Of a stretch of 64,000 nucleotides of DNA, positions 40,772 through 52,170 are shown piece after piece. This DNA comes from Methanotrichaceae archaeon (lineage in GTDB: Archaea > Halobacteriota > Methanosarcinia > Methanotrichales > Methanotrichaceae). The stretch lies in assembly GCA_963813075.1 (NCBI GenBank), contig CAWEXU010000005.1, positions 1 through 64,000 on the forward strand. The letters are read 5' to 3'. How positions within the stretch are numbered: the stretch's first letter is position 1; the number at the start of each line of letters is the position of its first letter. The notes under the pieces were generated by a model. The model was not told the origin of the DNA. It ran no database searches and saw only the letters and a program-made list of their open reading frames with translations. The position numbers and the translations under genes were made by a program.

Positions 40772-43700
40772 TTACGCCCTATCTATGCCGATGCGCATGC
40801 AAACGCCCTCGACATCCCAGTCCTTGACCATTAAGCCCTGTATCTGCAGCCCCAGCCCCATCTTGAACTCCGCCGCTCGAACCTCCCCTGCGATGTGCTC
40901 TTTTCTTCCAACCACCAGATCGAGAATGGGCTTGCTCTCGATATCCACCACCGCTCTGATCTGGTCTTCCACCCGCAGATCCAGCTCCTTTCTCATGTCC
41001 TGAATGCGCCTGATGATCTCCCGCGCATAGGCCTCAGCCTCCAGCTCCGGGGTGAGGGTGATGTCCACATAGACGAATCCGCGGGAGAACTCCGCTGCCG
41101 GCAGGTTCTCCGGAGGAATCTCCCGGAACTGCACCATCTCGGTGGTGATATTGAACTCCCGGCCCTGATGCCTTAAGACCGCCTGGCCGTCCCGGTCCAG
41201 ATCGGCCTTAACTGCTGCGGGCTCAGCGGCTGCTATCGCTTCCACCACCAGCTTTGCCTCCCCCTTGTAGACCGGCCCGATCTTCTTATGAACGGGAGAC
41301 ATCTCCAGGTCCATCCTGGGCTTCTCACCAATAGAGAGGACAGTTATCTTCTTGGAGTTGGTCTGTCCCCGGAGGACGTCCTCCAGGCCTCCCAGGTCCA
41401 CCGTCTCTTTGGAAGGAGCGATCACGATCTCCGATACCGGCCAGCGAAGCTTTCTCCCGCCCTTCTGCCGGGCATTGGAGGCGGCCATTGAGACCTCCCT
41501 TACCAGATCCATGCTCTCCTCCAGGCCCAAGTCTATCCACTCTTTATCTGCTCGCGGCCAGTCGCACATATGGACCGACTCCGTGGCATTCTCGTCCAGC
41601 CCCCGCACCAGGTTCTGGTAGATGGACTCGGATATGAAGGGGGTGAACGGGGCCATAAGCCTGGCCAGCTTCACCAAAACCTCATAGATGGTGGCATAAG
41701 CGGCAAGCTTGGCCGGATCATCCTGCTCAATCCAGGTGCGAGGCCGGACCAGCTGGATGTACCAGCGGCTGAGGTCCTCCAAGATGAAGTCGGATATGGA
41801 GCGGACGATCCGGTGCAGCTGATAGCCCTCCATCTCTGCGGTGATCTCCTCTGCCAGGCTGTTCACCCGGGAGAGTATCCAGCGGTCTTCCGGGCGCAGG
41901 CTGCTCGTATAGAGGGAAAGATCCGCCTTCTTCAGGTCGAAGTCGTCCAGGACCATATAGGGCAGAGCAAAGCGATAAGCATTCCAGAAGATATTGATCA
42001 TCCGGCTGGTGTTCTCGATAGCCTCCCAGGAGAAGTGCAGATCCTCCCAGGGGGCATTGGCTCCCAGGACATAGGTGCGCAGTATATCGGCACCGAACTT
42101 CTCCACCACCTCCTCCGGCTGGACGATGTTCCCTATGCTCTTGGACATCTTCCGTCCCTGGTCGTCCAGGGTGAAGCCATGCATGAGAACGCTCTTGTAG
42201 GGTGCCCGGCCAAAGGAGACCATTGATGCTCCCAGCTGGGAATAAAACCACCCACGGGTCTGGTCGTGCCCCTCGGTGATGAAATCCGCCGGCCACCATT
42301 CATTAAACTCCTCCTCGTGACTGGGGAAACGGAGGGTGGCCCAGGAGGCCACTGCGCTGTCAAACCATACATCGAAGACATCCGGTGAGCGCACCATCTT
42401 CCCGCCGCAGGGGCAGTCCAGCATAATAGCATCCACATCCGGCCGGTGCAGGTCGACCAGCTTTTGACCAGACCTCTCCTCCAGCTCCGAGGCGGTGCCT
42501 ATGACCTCCATATGGCCGCAGTCAGGACAGGTCCAGATGGGCAGGGGGATTCCCCAGTACCTCTGCCTGGAGATGCACCAGTCTCGGGCATTGCTAATCC
42601 AGTCGGCAAACCTGGCTGAGCCCGCCCACTCCGGATACCATGTCACCCGGGAGATCTCTTCTAACATCTTATCGCGGAGATCGGATATCCGCAGGAACCA
42701 CTGGCTGGTGGCGATGAAGATGATGGGGGTCTTGCAGCGCCAGCAGTGGCCGTAGCGGTGGGCGAGCCTCCCCTGGGCCAGGAGCTTACCTCGCTCCTCC
42801 AGATCATTGATGACGTTGCTGTCCGCCTCCTTGACATACTGGCCCTGGTATTTCTCCCCCGCCTCGGCGGTGTACCGCCCGTCCCCGCCCACCGGGCAGA
42901 ATATCTCCAGGTGGTGGTCCAGCCCAAGCTCATAGTCCTCAAGGCCGTGCCCAGGTGCGATATGCACGCATCCGGTGTTCTCTCTGGCGACGAAGTCCGC
43001 GGCATAAACGCCATGCTCGATCTCCCTTTGCCTGGGAACCAGGTCGATCAGAGGGTGCTCGTACTTCAGGTTCTGCATCTCTTTGGCCGAAAGGTCCTGC
43101 AAAAGCTCATAGTCCTGGTAGCGGCCCGTCTTGAGGACGGAGTCCACCAGCTCCGAGGCCATGATCAGGATCTCGGATTTGCCGTCCTTCCAGGCCCTGA
43201 CCCGGGAGTACTGGAAAGCGGGATTGACCGCCACTGCCACATTGGCGGGAATGGTCCAGGGGGTGGTGGTCCAGATCACTATGTAGGTGTTCTCCTCCCC
43301 CTTCACTGGAAATTTGACGTAGATCGAGTAGTCGGTCTCATCCCAGTACTCTACCTCCGAGTCGGCGATGGCCGTCTGGCAGCGGGGGCACCAGTTGACC
43401 ACCCTTGAGCCCCTCTCCAGGAGGTTATTCTCGTGGGCCTTCTTCAGCGTCCACCAGGCTGCCTCCAGATACTCGTTCTTCAGGGTCATGTAGGGGTCGT
43501 CCCAGTCCAGCCAGGCCCCCAGGATCTTGAATTGGGCGGTCATGTCATCCTTCTGACGGAGGGCGAACTCCTTGCACCTCTGGATGAACTTGTCCACCCC
43601 ATAGGCCTCGATATCCTTCTTGTTGCGGAATCCGAAGGACTCCTCCACCTTCACCTCAATGGGCAGGCCGTGCATATCCCATCCCGCCCGGTCCTTGACC

Positions 43701-43933
43701 TCAAAGCCGTTCATGGAGCGGTAACGGAGCACAGAGTCCTTGATCACCTTGTTCCAGGCGGTTCCCAGGTGAATGCGTCCTGTGGTATAAGGCGGCCCAT
43801 CCACAAAAAAGAACTTCTTGCCGCCCAATCTCAATTTTCGAACTTGGCGGTAGCTGTCCGCCTTTTCCCACAGCGATCTTATCTCATCCTCAAGATCTTG
43901 CGCATTGTACTGCCCAGCCACCTCACCGATCAC
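40772..43933 (-). CDS. ileS: Isoleucyl-tRNA synthetase (probable GTG start 43933)
   Basis: DGPPYTTGRIHLGT, WTTTPWT, DWCISRQRYWG, KMSKS. Confidence 0.97.
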   Translation of the reverse strand: MIGEVAGQYNAQDLEDEIRSLWEKADSYRQVRKLRLGGKKFFFVDGPPYTTGRIHLGTAWNKVIKDSVLRYRSMNGFEVKDRAGWDMHGLPIEVKVEESFGFRNKKDIEAYGVDKFIQRCKEFALRQKDDMTAQFKILGAWLDWDDPYMTLKNEYLEAAWWTLKKAHENNLLERGSRVVNWCPRCQTAIADSEVEYWDETDYSIYVKFPVKGEENTYIVIWTTTPWTIPANVAVAVNPAFQYSRVRAWKDGKSEILIMASELVDSVLKTGRYQDYELLQDLSAKEMQNLKYEHPLIDLVPRQREIEHGVYAADFVARENTGCVHIAPGHGLEDYELGLDHHLEIFCPVGGDGRYTAEAGEKYQGQYVKEADSNVINDLEERGKLLAQGRLAHRYGHCWRCKTPIIFIATSQWFLRISDLRDKMLEEISRVTWYPEWAGSARFADWISNARDWCISRQRYWGIPLPIWTCPDCGHMEVIGTASELEERSGQKLVDLHRPDVDAIMLDCPCGGKMVRSPDVFDVWFDSAVASWATLRFPSHEEEFNEWWPADFITEGHDQTRGWFYSQLGASMVSFGRAPYKSVLMHGFTLDDQGRKMSKSIGNIVQPEEVVEKFGADILRTYVLGANAPWEDLHFSWEAIENTSRMINIFWNAYRFALPYMVLDDFDLKKADLSLYTSSLRPEDRWILSRVNSLAEEITAEMEGYQLHRIVRSISDFILEDLSRWYIQLVRPRTWIEQDDPAKLAAYATIYEVLVKLARLMAPFTPFISESIYQNLVRGLDENATESVHMCDWPRADKEWIDLGLEESMDLVREVSMAASNARQKGGRKLRWPVSEIVIAPSKETVDLGGLEDVLRGQTNSKKITVLSIGEKPRMDLEMSPVHKKIGPVYKGEAKLVVEAIAAAEPAAVKADLDRDGQAVLRHQGREFNITTEMVQFREIPPENLPAAEFSRGFVYVDITLTPELEAEAYAREIIRRIQDMRKELDLRVEDQIRAVVDIESKPILDLVVGRKEHIAGEVRAAEFKMGLGLQIQGLMVKDWDVEGVCMRIGIDRA

Positions 43934-44069
43934 TTGCAATCCTCCGAAAAACGATTTGCATCCATGTAACACCTCTATATTTAGCCTTTGTTGCATCTTT
44001 AGAGGGCTTCGTTCTTAGGAGGAATATTGATATACGGATAGCCCAAACCCTATAATTGAGGGGTTATAT

Positions 44070-45026
44070 ATCAAAGAGGAGATCTGGATAGAGAAGTACC
44101 GGCCGGAGAGGCTGGACGATATTGTGGGCCAGGACGAGATCGTCCGCCGTCTAAAGTCCTATGTGAAGACGCGAAACCTGCCCCACCTTCTTTTCTCCGG
44201 GCCGCCGGGGGTGGGCAAGACCGCTGCCTCCATCTCCATCGTCAAAGAGATATTCGGCGAGACCTGGAGGAACAACTTCATCGAATTGAATGCCAGTGAC
44301 GAGCGGGGCATAGATATCATCCGCCATAAGGTGAAGGATTTCGCCCGGATGGCTCCTTTAGGCGAGGCGGATTTTAAAGTGATATTCCTGGATGAGGCCG
44401 ATGCCCTGACCAACGATGCCCAGAGCGCTCTGCGCAGGACCATGGAGAGATACTCCGCCACCACCAGATTCATCCTCTCTTGCAACTACTCCTCCAAGAT
44501 CATCGAGCCCATCCAGTCCCGCTGTGCGGTCTACCGCTTCAAACCCCTCTCTCCCGTTGCAGTGACAAAGAGGATCAAGTTCATAGCCGGAGAGGAGGGG
44601 CTAAAGGTTTCAGATGGCGGTCTTTCCGCCATCGAATATGTTGCCGGAGGCGACATGAGAAAAGCGATCAATGCCCTTCAGGCGGCAGCTTTAATGGGCG
44701 ACGAGGTGGACGAGGAGACGATCTACCAGATCACATCCACCGCCAAGCCTGAGGAGATCAAAAGCTTCATCAGGACCGCACTATCTGGGGATTTTTTAGG
44801 AGCGCGAACGATACTGGATGATCTCCTGCTCTCTAAAGGGCTCTCCGGCCAGGATGTGGTGGTTCAGATCCACCGGGCGATGCTGGACCTGGATGATATC
44901 GGGGACCGGGATCGGGTGAAGCTGATCGACCGCATTGGCGAGATCGATTTCCGCATGACGGAAGGGGCGAACGAGAGAATTCAGCTCGAAGCCCTGCTGG
45001 CATACTTCGCCCTGATGGCTTCATAA
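44070..45026 (+). CDS. rfcS: Replication factor C small subunit (probable non-AUG start at ATC 44070)
   Basis: IWIEKYRP upstream of the called [27 protein letters not shown]. Confidence 0.95.
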   Translation: MKEEIWIEKYRPERLDDIVGQDEIVRRLKSYVKTRNLPHLLFSGPPGVGKTAASISIVKEIFGETWRNNFIELNASDERGIDIIRHKVKDFARMAPLGEADFKVIFLDEADALTNDAQSALRRTMERYSATTRFILSCNYSSKIIEPIQSRCAVYRFKPLSPVAVTKRIKFIAGEEGLKVSDGGLSAIEYVAGGDMRKAINALQAAALMGDEVDEETIYQITSTAKPEEIKSFIRTALSGDFLGARTILDDLLLSKGLSGQDVVVQIHRAMLDLDDIGDRDRVKLIDRIGEIDFRMTEGANERIQLEALLAYFALMAS

Positions 45027-45109
45027 TGAATATTTGAATCCCGGATAGATTCATAGAAGAAATGAATATCTTAATTATAGTTTTACTTTATATTGAGGCT
45101 GGCAGGGGC

Positions 45110-48100
45110 TCAGCCATTGAGGATCAGAGTGTGGCTATGCTCTAAAGCGGCGTTCAGCTCCTCGATTCGCACCGGTTTGGATACATAGTCGTCCATTCCG
45201 GCATCCAGACATACTTCTCTATCTCCTTTCATGGCGTGAGCAGTCATGGCGATGATGTAGGGCTGGTGGCATGGTGTGCTGCGTATGCACCTTGTCGCCT
45301 CCAGTCCGTCCATCTCCGGCATCTGCACATCCATCAGCACCACATCATAGGGCCTCTTCTTCAGCGCGGCCAGGACCTCCCGTCCATCTGCAGCGACATC
45401 CGCCCTGTAGCCCAGCCGCTCCAGCATACGTATGGCTACCTTCTGATTGACCACATTGTCCTCGGCAAGCAGTATTCGCAGGCTCTTTTGAGGCTGCTGG
45501 TCGGACAGGGGCAGAGGCTCTTCCGGCAGATCTCTATGGATATCGGGATCGGGCTCTTTCGAGGCTTCCGCCTGGATGGTGAAATAAAAGCTTGAGCCCT
45601 CTCCAGGAATGCTCTCCGCCCAGATCCCTCCTCCCATCAGCTCAGCGAGATGCTTGCAGATGGCAAGACCCAGTCCCGTGCCGCCATACTTGCGGGTGGT
45701 CGAGGCATCCACCTGGCTGAAGGACTGGAACAGCCGGCTCATGCGATCTTGCGATATGCCGATCCCGGAGTCACTAACCCGGAACTGGATCTCATGGCCG
45801 TCCTCTACCGGAAGAGCGGACACATCCACCCGGACGAAACCCTTCTCTGTGAACTTGACCGCATTTCCCAGCAGATTGACCAGGATCTGTCTGAGCCTGG
45901 TCAGGTCTCCCAACAGATATCTGGGGACACGTGGCTCGACCTCATAGCCAAAAGAGAGGCCTTTAGAAGAGGCGGCCTCGGCCACCATGTTCAGTGATGT
46001 CTCCAGGCATTCATAAAGGTCGAAGGCCTCCCGTTCCAGCTCCATCATCCCTCCCTCGATCTTGGAGAAGTCCAGGATGTCTGATATAACCTTGAGCAGA
46101 GAGTCTCCGCTGCTGCGAATGGTCTCTATGTAGTCCCTCTGCACCGAGTCGATCTTGGTATTGAGGAGCAGGCCGGTGAAGCCGATCACCGCATTCATTG
46201 GGGTCCTGATCTCATGGCTCATATTGGCCAGGAACTCGGACTTGGCTTTCGTGGCAGATTCTGCCCTCTCTTTGGCCTCGCGCAGGTCCTGTTCTACCTT
46301 CTTTCTCTCTGTGAGGTCGGTGCTCACAGAAATAATACCGATCAGTCGCCGCTTCTTGTCGTACAGAGTGCTGAATGCATATGAGGCGGGAAACAGATTG
46401 CCGTCCTTCCTCTGTGCCGGGTATTCGCATTCACAGTAGCCCTGGTCGAGGATATCCTTCACCAAATCACCTAAGGTGGATTTAATCTTCGGTGGTATGA
46501 TGGTATCCTGAATCCTCTGCCCCATCACCTCCTCCGCCTTCCACTGGTAGAGCGACTCGGCGAACCGGTTCCAGTATATGATCCTGCCCTCCAGATCAGT
46601 AGCTATAACGGCGTTTCTGACCTGGTCGAGCAATGATGCCTGGAATGCCACTCTTTCTTCTGCTGCCTTCCTCTCGGTGATATCCTGGCCCTGAGCAATG
46701 GTGGCGATGACACGCTTCCCGGTCTCATCATATATCGTCGCCGAGTTCCAAAGGACCGTTCTGATATCCCCGCTCTGGTGCAGGATGGGGATCTCGACCG
46801 CATCCCAGCTCTCGCCGGAGAGGGTCCTCTGGATATAGGCGAACGACTCCGCCCGGCTCTCATCGGGAAAGAGGATTCCTAATGATCGGCCCAGGACGTC
46901 ATCCGCAGGGCGGCCGGTAAGCCTCTCGAAGGCATGATTGAACCTGGTGATGCAGAAGTTCGGGTCCCAGACGATGATGGGGGCATTGGCATGGCCTAAG
47001 AGGTTCTCCAGATAATCTCTGGTCTCCCTGAGGTCGGAGGCAGCCCGTTTGAGCCCCTCAGAAGAGCGCTTGTTCTCAGTTATATCGTTGCCAATGCACA
47101 GGACCTCTACGGTCTCTCCCCGGTCGTTTACAACCAGCCGGTGCGACCAGGCGATCCAGACCCGCTCTCCATTGGATCTTATGTTCTCCGCTATATGGGT
47201 GGAGCATTCCTCTGGGTGCTCTCCCATAAGCGCTATTATCGCTTTGAGGTTGCAGACCTCGGCGCCCCGAGGAAAGATGGTGCTGGACACATTGCACCCC
47301 AGGATATCCTCCTCTTTGTAGCCGAAGAAGTGCAGGCCGAACTTGTTGATGAACCTGATAGAGCCGCTGGTGTCCACTCTGATGATGACGCTGCTTGATG
47401 TCTCCACCAGCTTGCGGTACTTCTCTTCGCTCTCCCGGAGGGCGGATTCCGCCTCGAAGCGGCCGATAAATCCCCCGATGGCGCTGGCCATGGTCATCAG
47501 AATCGAGACCTCTCCCCAGCCCCAGGCCCGCTCCTGTTTTCGGTCCTCAAAGCCGATGAAGCCCCAGAACCGGTCTATGGTGAATATGGGAACTATCATA
47601 AAGGAGAGGACATTGAGCATCTCCAGCAGTCCCTTCGCCGGCTGGGGCTGTTCCTGGGTCATTCCCCGGATGGGCATCCCTCCGGAGAGGGTCTGGAACC
47701 ATTGCGGAATGGAGCTGTATGCCCTGTAGCCCTGGTCCGGCTGGTGAACCATCCCAAATGCGGTATCCACATCGGCATTCGATGTCCATTCGTAGCGAAG
47801 CCAGATCTGATTCCTTTCCAAATCGTCCAGATAATGCTCATAGATGCAGGCCCGGTCCACATTGGCAGAGCAGCCTAAAATTTCCAGAGACTGGGTGAGA
47901 GCTACGTCCATCTCCTCCGAGATCAGGAGCTGGTTTGTGGCCAGAGCCGCACCGGCCAGGATCCTGTCCCTTTCGCGCAGATCGTCCTTGTGGCCCGGAG
48001 CCGCTTTCGATATAGTTGCCTCTTCTGGACGATCCTCCTCTTTCGCCGGGGAATGGTTCGATCTTTTCAATGTGATTATGGATCTGCCTTTATGATCTTC

Positions 48101-48376
48101 CTCCTGGATTGTGGCAATGGAGTACTCTATTCTTCTTCCCAGCAGATCGGCCTCCCCTCGAAGGATCTGGCCTTCGCGCCCTCGGGCAGACTCGATTATA
48201 CCTCTGCATAGATCTTCCAGAGCTTCCTGGCAGCCCCTGCCAGCAGCCAGAGACTCTGCCATCTCCTCTGCGGCAGGGTTGAAATAGAGGATCTTTCCGG
48301 ACTCTTCGCAGATGCATATCCCCTCATCCAGAAGCTGCAGGGCGGAAAGGAAGATGTCTTCTCCGGCCATAATCAT
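45110..48376 (-). CDS. Cytoplasmic hybrid histidine kinase (PAS-GAF-PAS-PAS-PAS-HisKA-HATPase-REC)
   Basis: DITE PAS ends, FLANMSHEIRTPMN H-box, NAVKFT, GTGLGL, LMDVQMPEMDG receiver. Confidence 0.95.
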   Translation of the reverse strand: MIMAGEDIFLSALQLLDEGICICEESGKILYFNPAAEEMAESLAAGRGCQEALEDLCRGIIESARGREGQILRGEADLLGRRIEYSIATIQEEDHKGRSIITLKRSNHSPAKEEDRPEEATISKAAPGHKDDLRERDRILAGAALATNQLLISEEMDVALTQSLEILGCSANVDRACIYEHYLDDLERNQIWLRYEWTSNADVDTAFGMVHQPDQGYRAYSSIPQWFQTLSGGMPIRGMTQEQPQPAKGLLEMLNVLSFMIVPIFTIDRFWGFIGFEDRKQERAWGWGEVSILMTMASAIGGFIGRFEAESALRESEEKYRKLVETSSSVIIRVDTSGSIRFINKFGLHFFGYKEEDILGCNVSSTIFPRGAEVCNLKAIIALMGEHPEECSTHIAENIRSNGERVWIAWSHRLVVNDRGETVEVLCIGNDITENKRSSEGLKRAASDLRETRDYLENLLGHANAPIIVWDPNFCITRFNHAFERLTGRPADDVLGRSLGILFPDESRAESFAYIQRTLSGESWDAVEIPILHQSGDIRTVLWNSATIYDETGKRVIATIAQGQDITERKAAEERVAFQASLLDQVRNAVIATDLEGRIIYWNRFAESLYQWKAEEVMGQRIQDTIIPPKIKSTLGDLVKDILDQGYCECEYPAQRKDGNLFPASYAFSTLYDKKRRLIGIISVSTDLTERKKVEQDLREAKERAESATKAKSEFLANMSHEIRTPMNAVIGFTGLLLNTKIDSVQRDYIETIRSSGDSLLKVISDILDFSKIEGGMMELEREAFDLYECLETSLNMVAEAASSKGLSFGYEVEPRVPRYLLGDLTRLRQILVNLLGNAVKFTEKGFVRVDVSALPVEDGHEIQFRVSDSGIGISQDRMSRLFQSFSQVDASTTRKYGGTGLGLAICKHLAELMGGGIWAESIPGEGSSFYFTIQAEASKEPDPDIHRDLPEEPLPLSDQQPQKSLRILLAEDNVVNQKVAIRMLERLGYRADVAADGREVLAALKKRPYDVVLMDVQMPEMDGLEATRCIRSTPCHQPYIIAMTAHAMKGDREVCLDAGMDDYVSKPVRIEELNAALEHSHTLILNG

Positions 48377-49044
48377 CTCACCAGGACTGCCCGGACGGGA
48401 GTGGCTTCGGCATCTTTTATTCTCAGGGGAAGGCAGATCAGCCAGTATCTGCCGGGTGGGACCGCGCCAAGGTCGATCCCCTCCAGGACCAGGACGTCGT
48501 TTTTCAGGAGGATATTGTGAACGGGCAGGAATTCGTCCTCATATTTATCCACAGAGAGATAGTCGATCCCCACCAGGCCCGCGCCTTTAGTGATGCATAT
48601 CTTTGCCGCGGCTAATGAGACGTGGACGTAATCGGGCGAGAAGATGGGCTTACAGATCAGCCTTTGGGAGCTGTTGCCGGTCTTGAAGAGTATGGCCTCG
48701 CCTCTTTCGATGCTTATGTCCTGCAAATCCTGGGGTGAGACGGCATCGGTATCCTGGACGGCGATAACTTGTGCGGGGGTGATGAACCGCTCCAGTGGAT
48801 AGTCGTCCAGTGCCCGTCCATCCCTGAAGATATGGGAGGGGAAGTCCAGGTGGGTTCCCGCGTGGGAGCCCAGAGTGATGGCAGAGAGGCGAAAATCAGA
48901 TCCCTCCTCGAATCCCGCCATCCACTGCTGGGTGAATTTGCGGTCTCCGGGATAAAGGGGTGCGGTCCCTATAGGTGCACTTATATCGAGCAGCTCTTTT
49001 TTTGCCAGGGCTTCGGTGAGGGCCAATTCTGGGGGATGGTACAT
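48373..49044 (-). CDS. Cyclase family metal-dependent hydrolase (kynurenine formamidase-like)
   Basis: HAGTHLDFPSH, VGIDYLSVD, PVRAV. Confidence 0.9.
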   Translation of the reverse strand: MYHPPELALTEALAKKELLDISAPIGTAPLYPGDRKFTQQWMAGFEEGSDFRLSAITLGSHAGTHLDFPSHIFRDGRALDDYPLERFITPAQVIAVQDTDAVSPQDLQDISIERGEAILFKTGNSSQRLICKPIFSPDYVHVSLAAAKICITKGAGLVGIDYLSVDKYEDEFLPVHNILLKNDVLVLEGIDLGAVPPGRYWLICLPLRIKDAEATPVRAVLVR

Positions 49045-49203
49045 AGGATTCCTAATTTATTTAGGAGCTATCTACTCTTAAATATTTCTGCCAATATAGC
49101 CTCTGTTCCTCTGTGGTTGGGTCAGGATCGCAGTTCACCCAGGTGCAAAAAGATACAGAGAATTTGCGATTTAAGTTCACCCATACTACATAGCGAGGGG
49201 CCG

Positions 49204-49488
49204 TTATTTTTTGTCCAGCACCCGGATGAGGTGATAGCCGAACTGGGATTTGACCGGCCCTATGATCTTGCCCTTCTCGCCCTCAAAGGCGGCCTTCTCA
49301 AACTCAGGGACCATCCTGCCCTTGCCAAACCAGCCCAGGTCACCGCCGCTTTTTCCCGATGGGCACTGCGAGTACTTGCGGGCCATCTCCGTAAAGCTCT
49401 CCTGACCTGCTGCCAGCTTCTCTTTGACCTCTAACGCTTTTTTCTCCGTTTTGCACAGAATATGTGCGGCATGAACTTCTTTTACCAT
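49204..49488 (-). CDS. Parvulin-type peptidyl-prolyl isomerase
   Basis: AAHIL, YSQCPSGKSGGDLGWF, QFGYHLI. Confidence 0.95.
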   Translation of the reverse strand: MVKEVHAAHILCKTEKKALEVKEKLAAGQESFTEMARKYSQCPSGKSGGDLGWFGKGRMVPEFEKAAFEGEKGKIIGPVKSQFGYHLIRVLDKK

Positions 49489-49592
49489 AGGTGAGTGGTG
49501 TTGAGGAGAGGGGATAAAAAGATAGGGGTCCCGTCTTATTGGCAGGCAGAGGATAAGCGGTGCAGATATGGCGCTGATGCTTCCAATGGCGG

Positions 49593-49796
49593 TTACTGCA
49601 GTATCTCCTGCACCCGGCCCACCTGGCCGTCCTCCAGCCTCACTTTGATGCCATGGGGGTGAAATGAGGAGCCGGTGAGGATGGTCTTTACGATCCCTCG
49701 CGTTCTCTTTCCGCTGCGCTGGTCCTTCTTCAAGACAATCTCCACCTCCAGGCCTGGCCGGATATCGGCACGGTTCATACCGCTCTTTGCGGGCAT
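49593..49796 (-). CDS. YwbE (DUF2196) family protein
   Basis: IVLKKDQRSGK, HPHGIKVRLEDGQVGRV; ATG at 49796. Confidence 0.88.
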   Translation of the reverse strand: MPAKSGMNRADIRPGLEVEIVLKKDQRSGKRTRGIVKTILTGSSFHPHGIKVRLEDGQVGRVQEILQ

Positions 49797-49983
49797 CAAG
49801 CCCTGATTCTCTCCTATCCCATTTATCAAGCCTTTGGCAGGAATGATATCCAGGAGCGTAGCTCGGCCTTCAAAGGCAATCTTTATAAGGAGAGAGGTGC
49901 AGCAAGATCTCTGCGCAGAGCGTGCCCTCAACCGATGAAGGTTTGGGGAATCATCAGCGCTAATAGTAGGGGATCATCCTGCT

Positions 49984-50055
49984 GCCAAGGTGGCGGAGCG
50001 GCTACGCAAATGCCTGCAGAGCATTACCACTCCGGTTCGAATCCGGACCTTGGCT
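49984..50055 (+). tRNA. tRNA-Cys(GCA)
   Basis: Acceptor GCCAAGG/CCTTGGC with U73, anticodon arm AATGC-CTGCAGA-GCATT, T arm CCGGTTCGAATCCGG. Confidence 0.96.
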
Positions 50056-50204
50056 TATCATTTTTAAGGATTTCATGATCTCTCTTCACTCCAGGGTGCG
50101 CTTGTCAAATCCCTTCATCATGGCCCTCAAGTGATGGTAATGCGTTTGGTTTTGTTGCAGCATATTGTATTAATCTGATCTCGAAATTTATGATATATTT
50201 TAGG

Positions 50205-50218
50205 GAAAAGCTTATATC
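50205..50218 (+). promoter_or_regulatory. Probable BRE-TATA promoter of gyrBA
   Basis: GAAAAG-CTTATAT about 55 nt upstream of the gyrB start; AAGGAGG SD at 50252-50258. Confidence 0.55.
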
Positions 50219-50263
50219 TGCTCAAGTCAGTTTGATACAGTCCTAATTATTAAGGAGGCTTAG

Positions 50264-52162
<1,899 letters not shown>

Positions 52163-52170
52163 GGTGTATC

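Noticed and set aside
49925..49975. Fluoride-riboswitch-like words (CGATGA...GCTAAT)
   Set aside because: Pseudoknot complement after GCTAAT is missing, and the downstream gene is a tRNA, not a fluoride exporter
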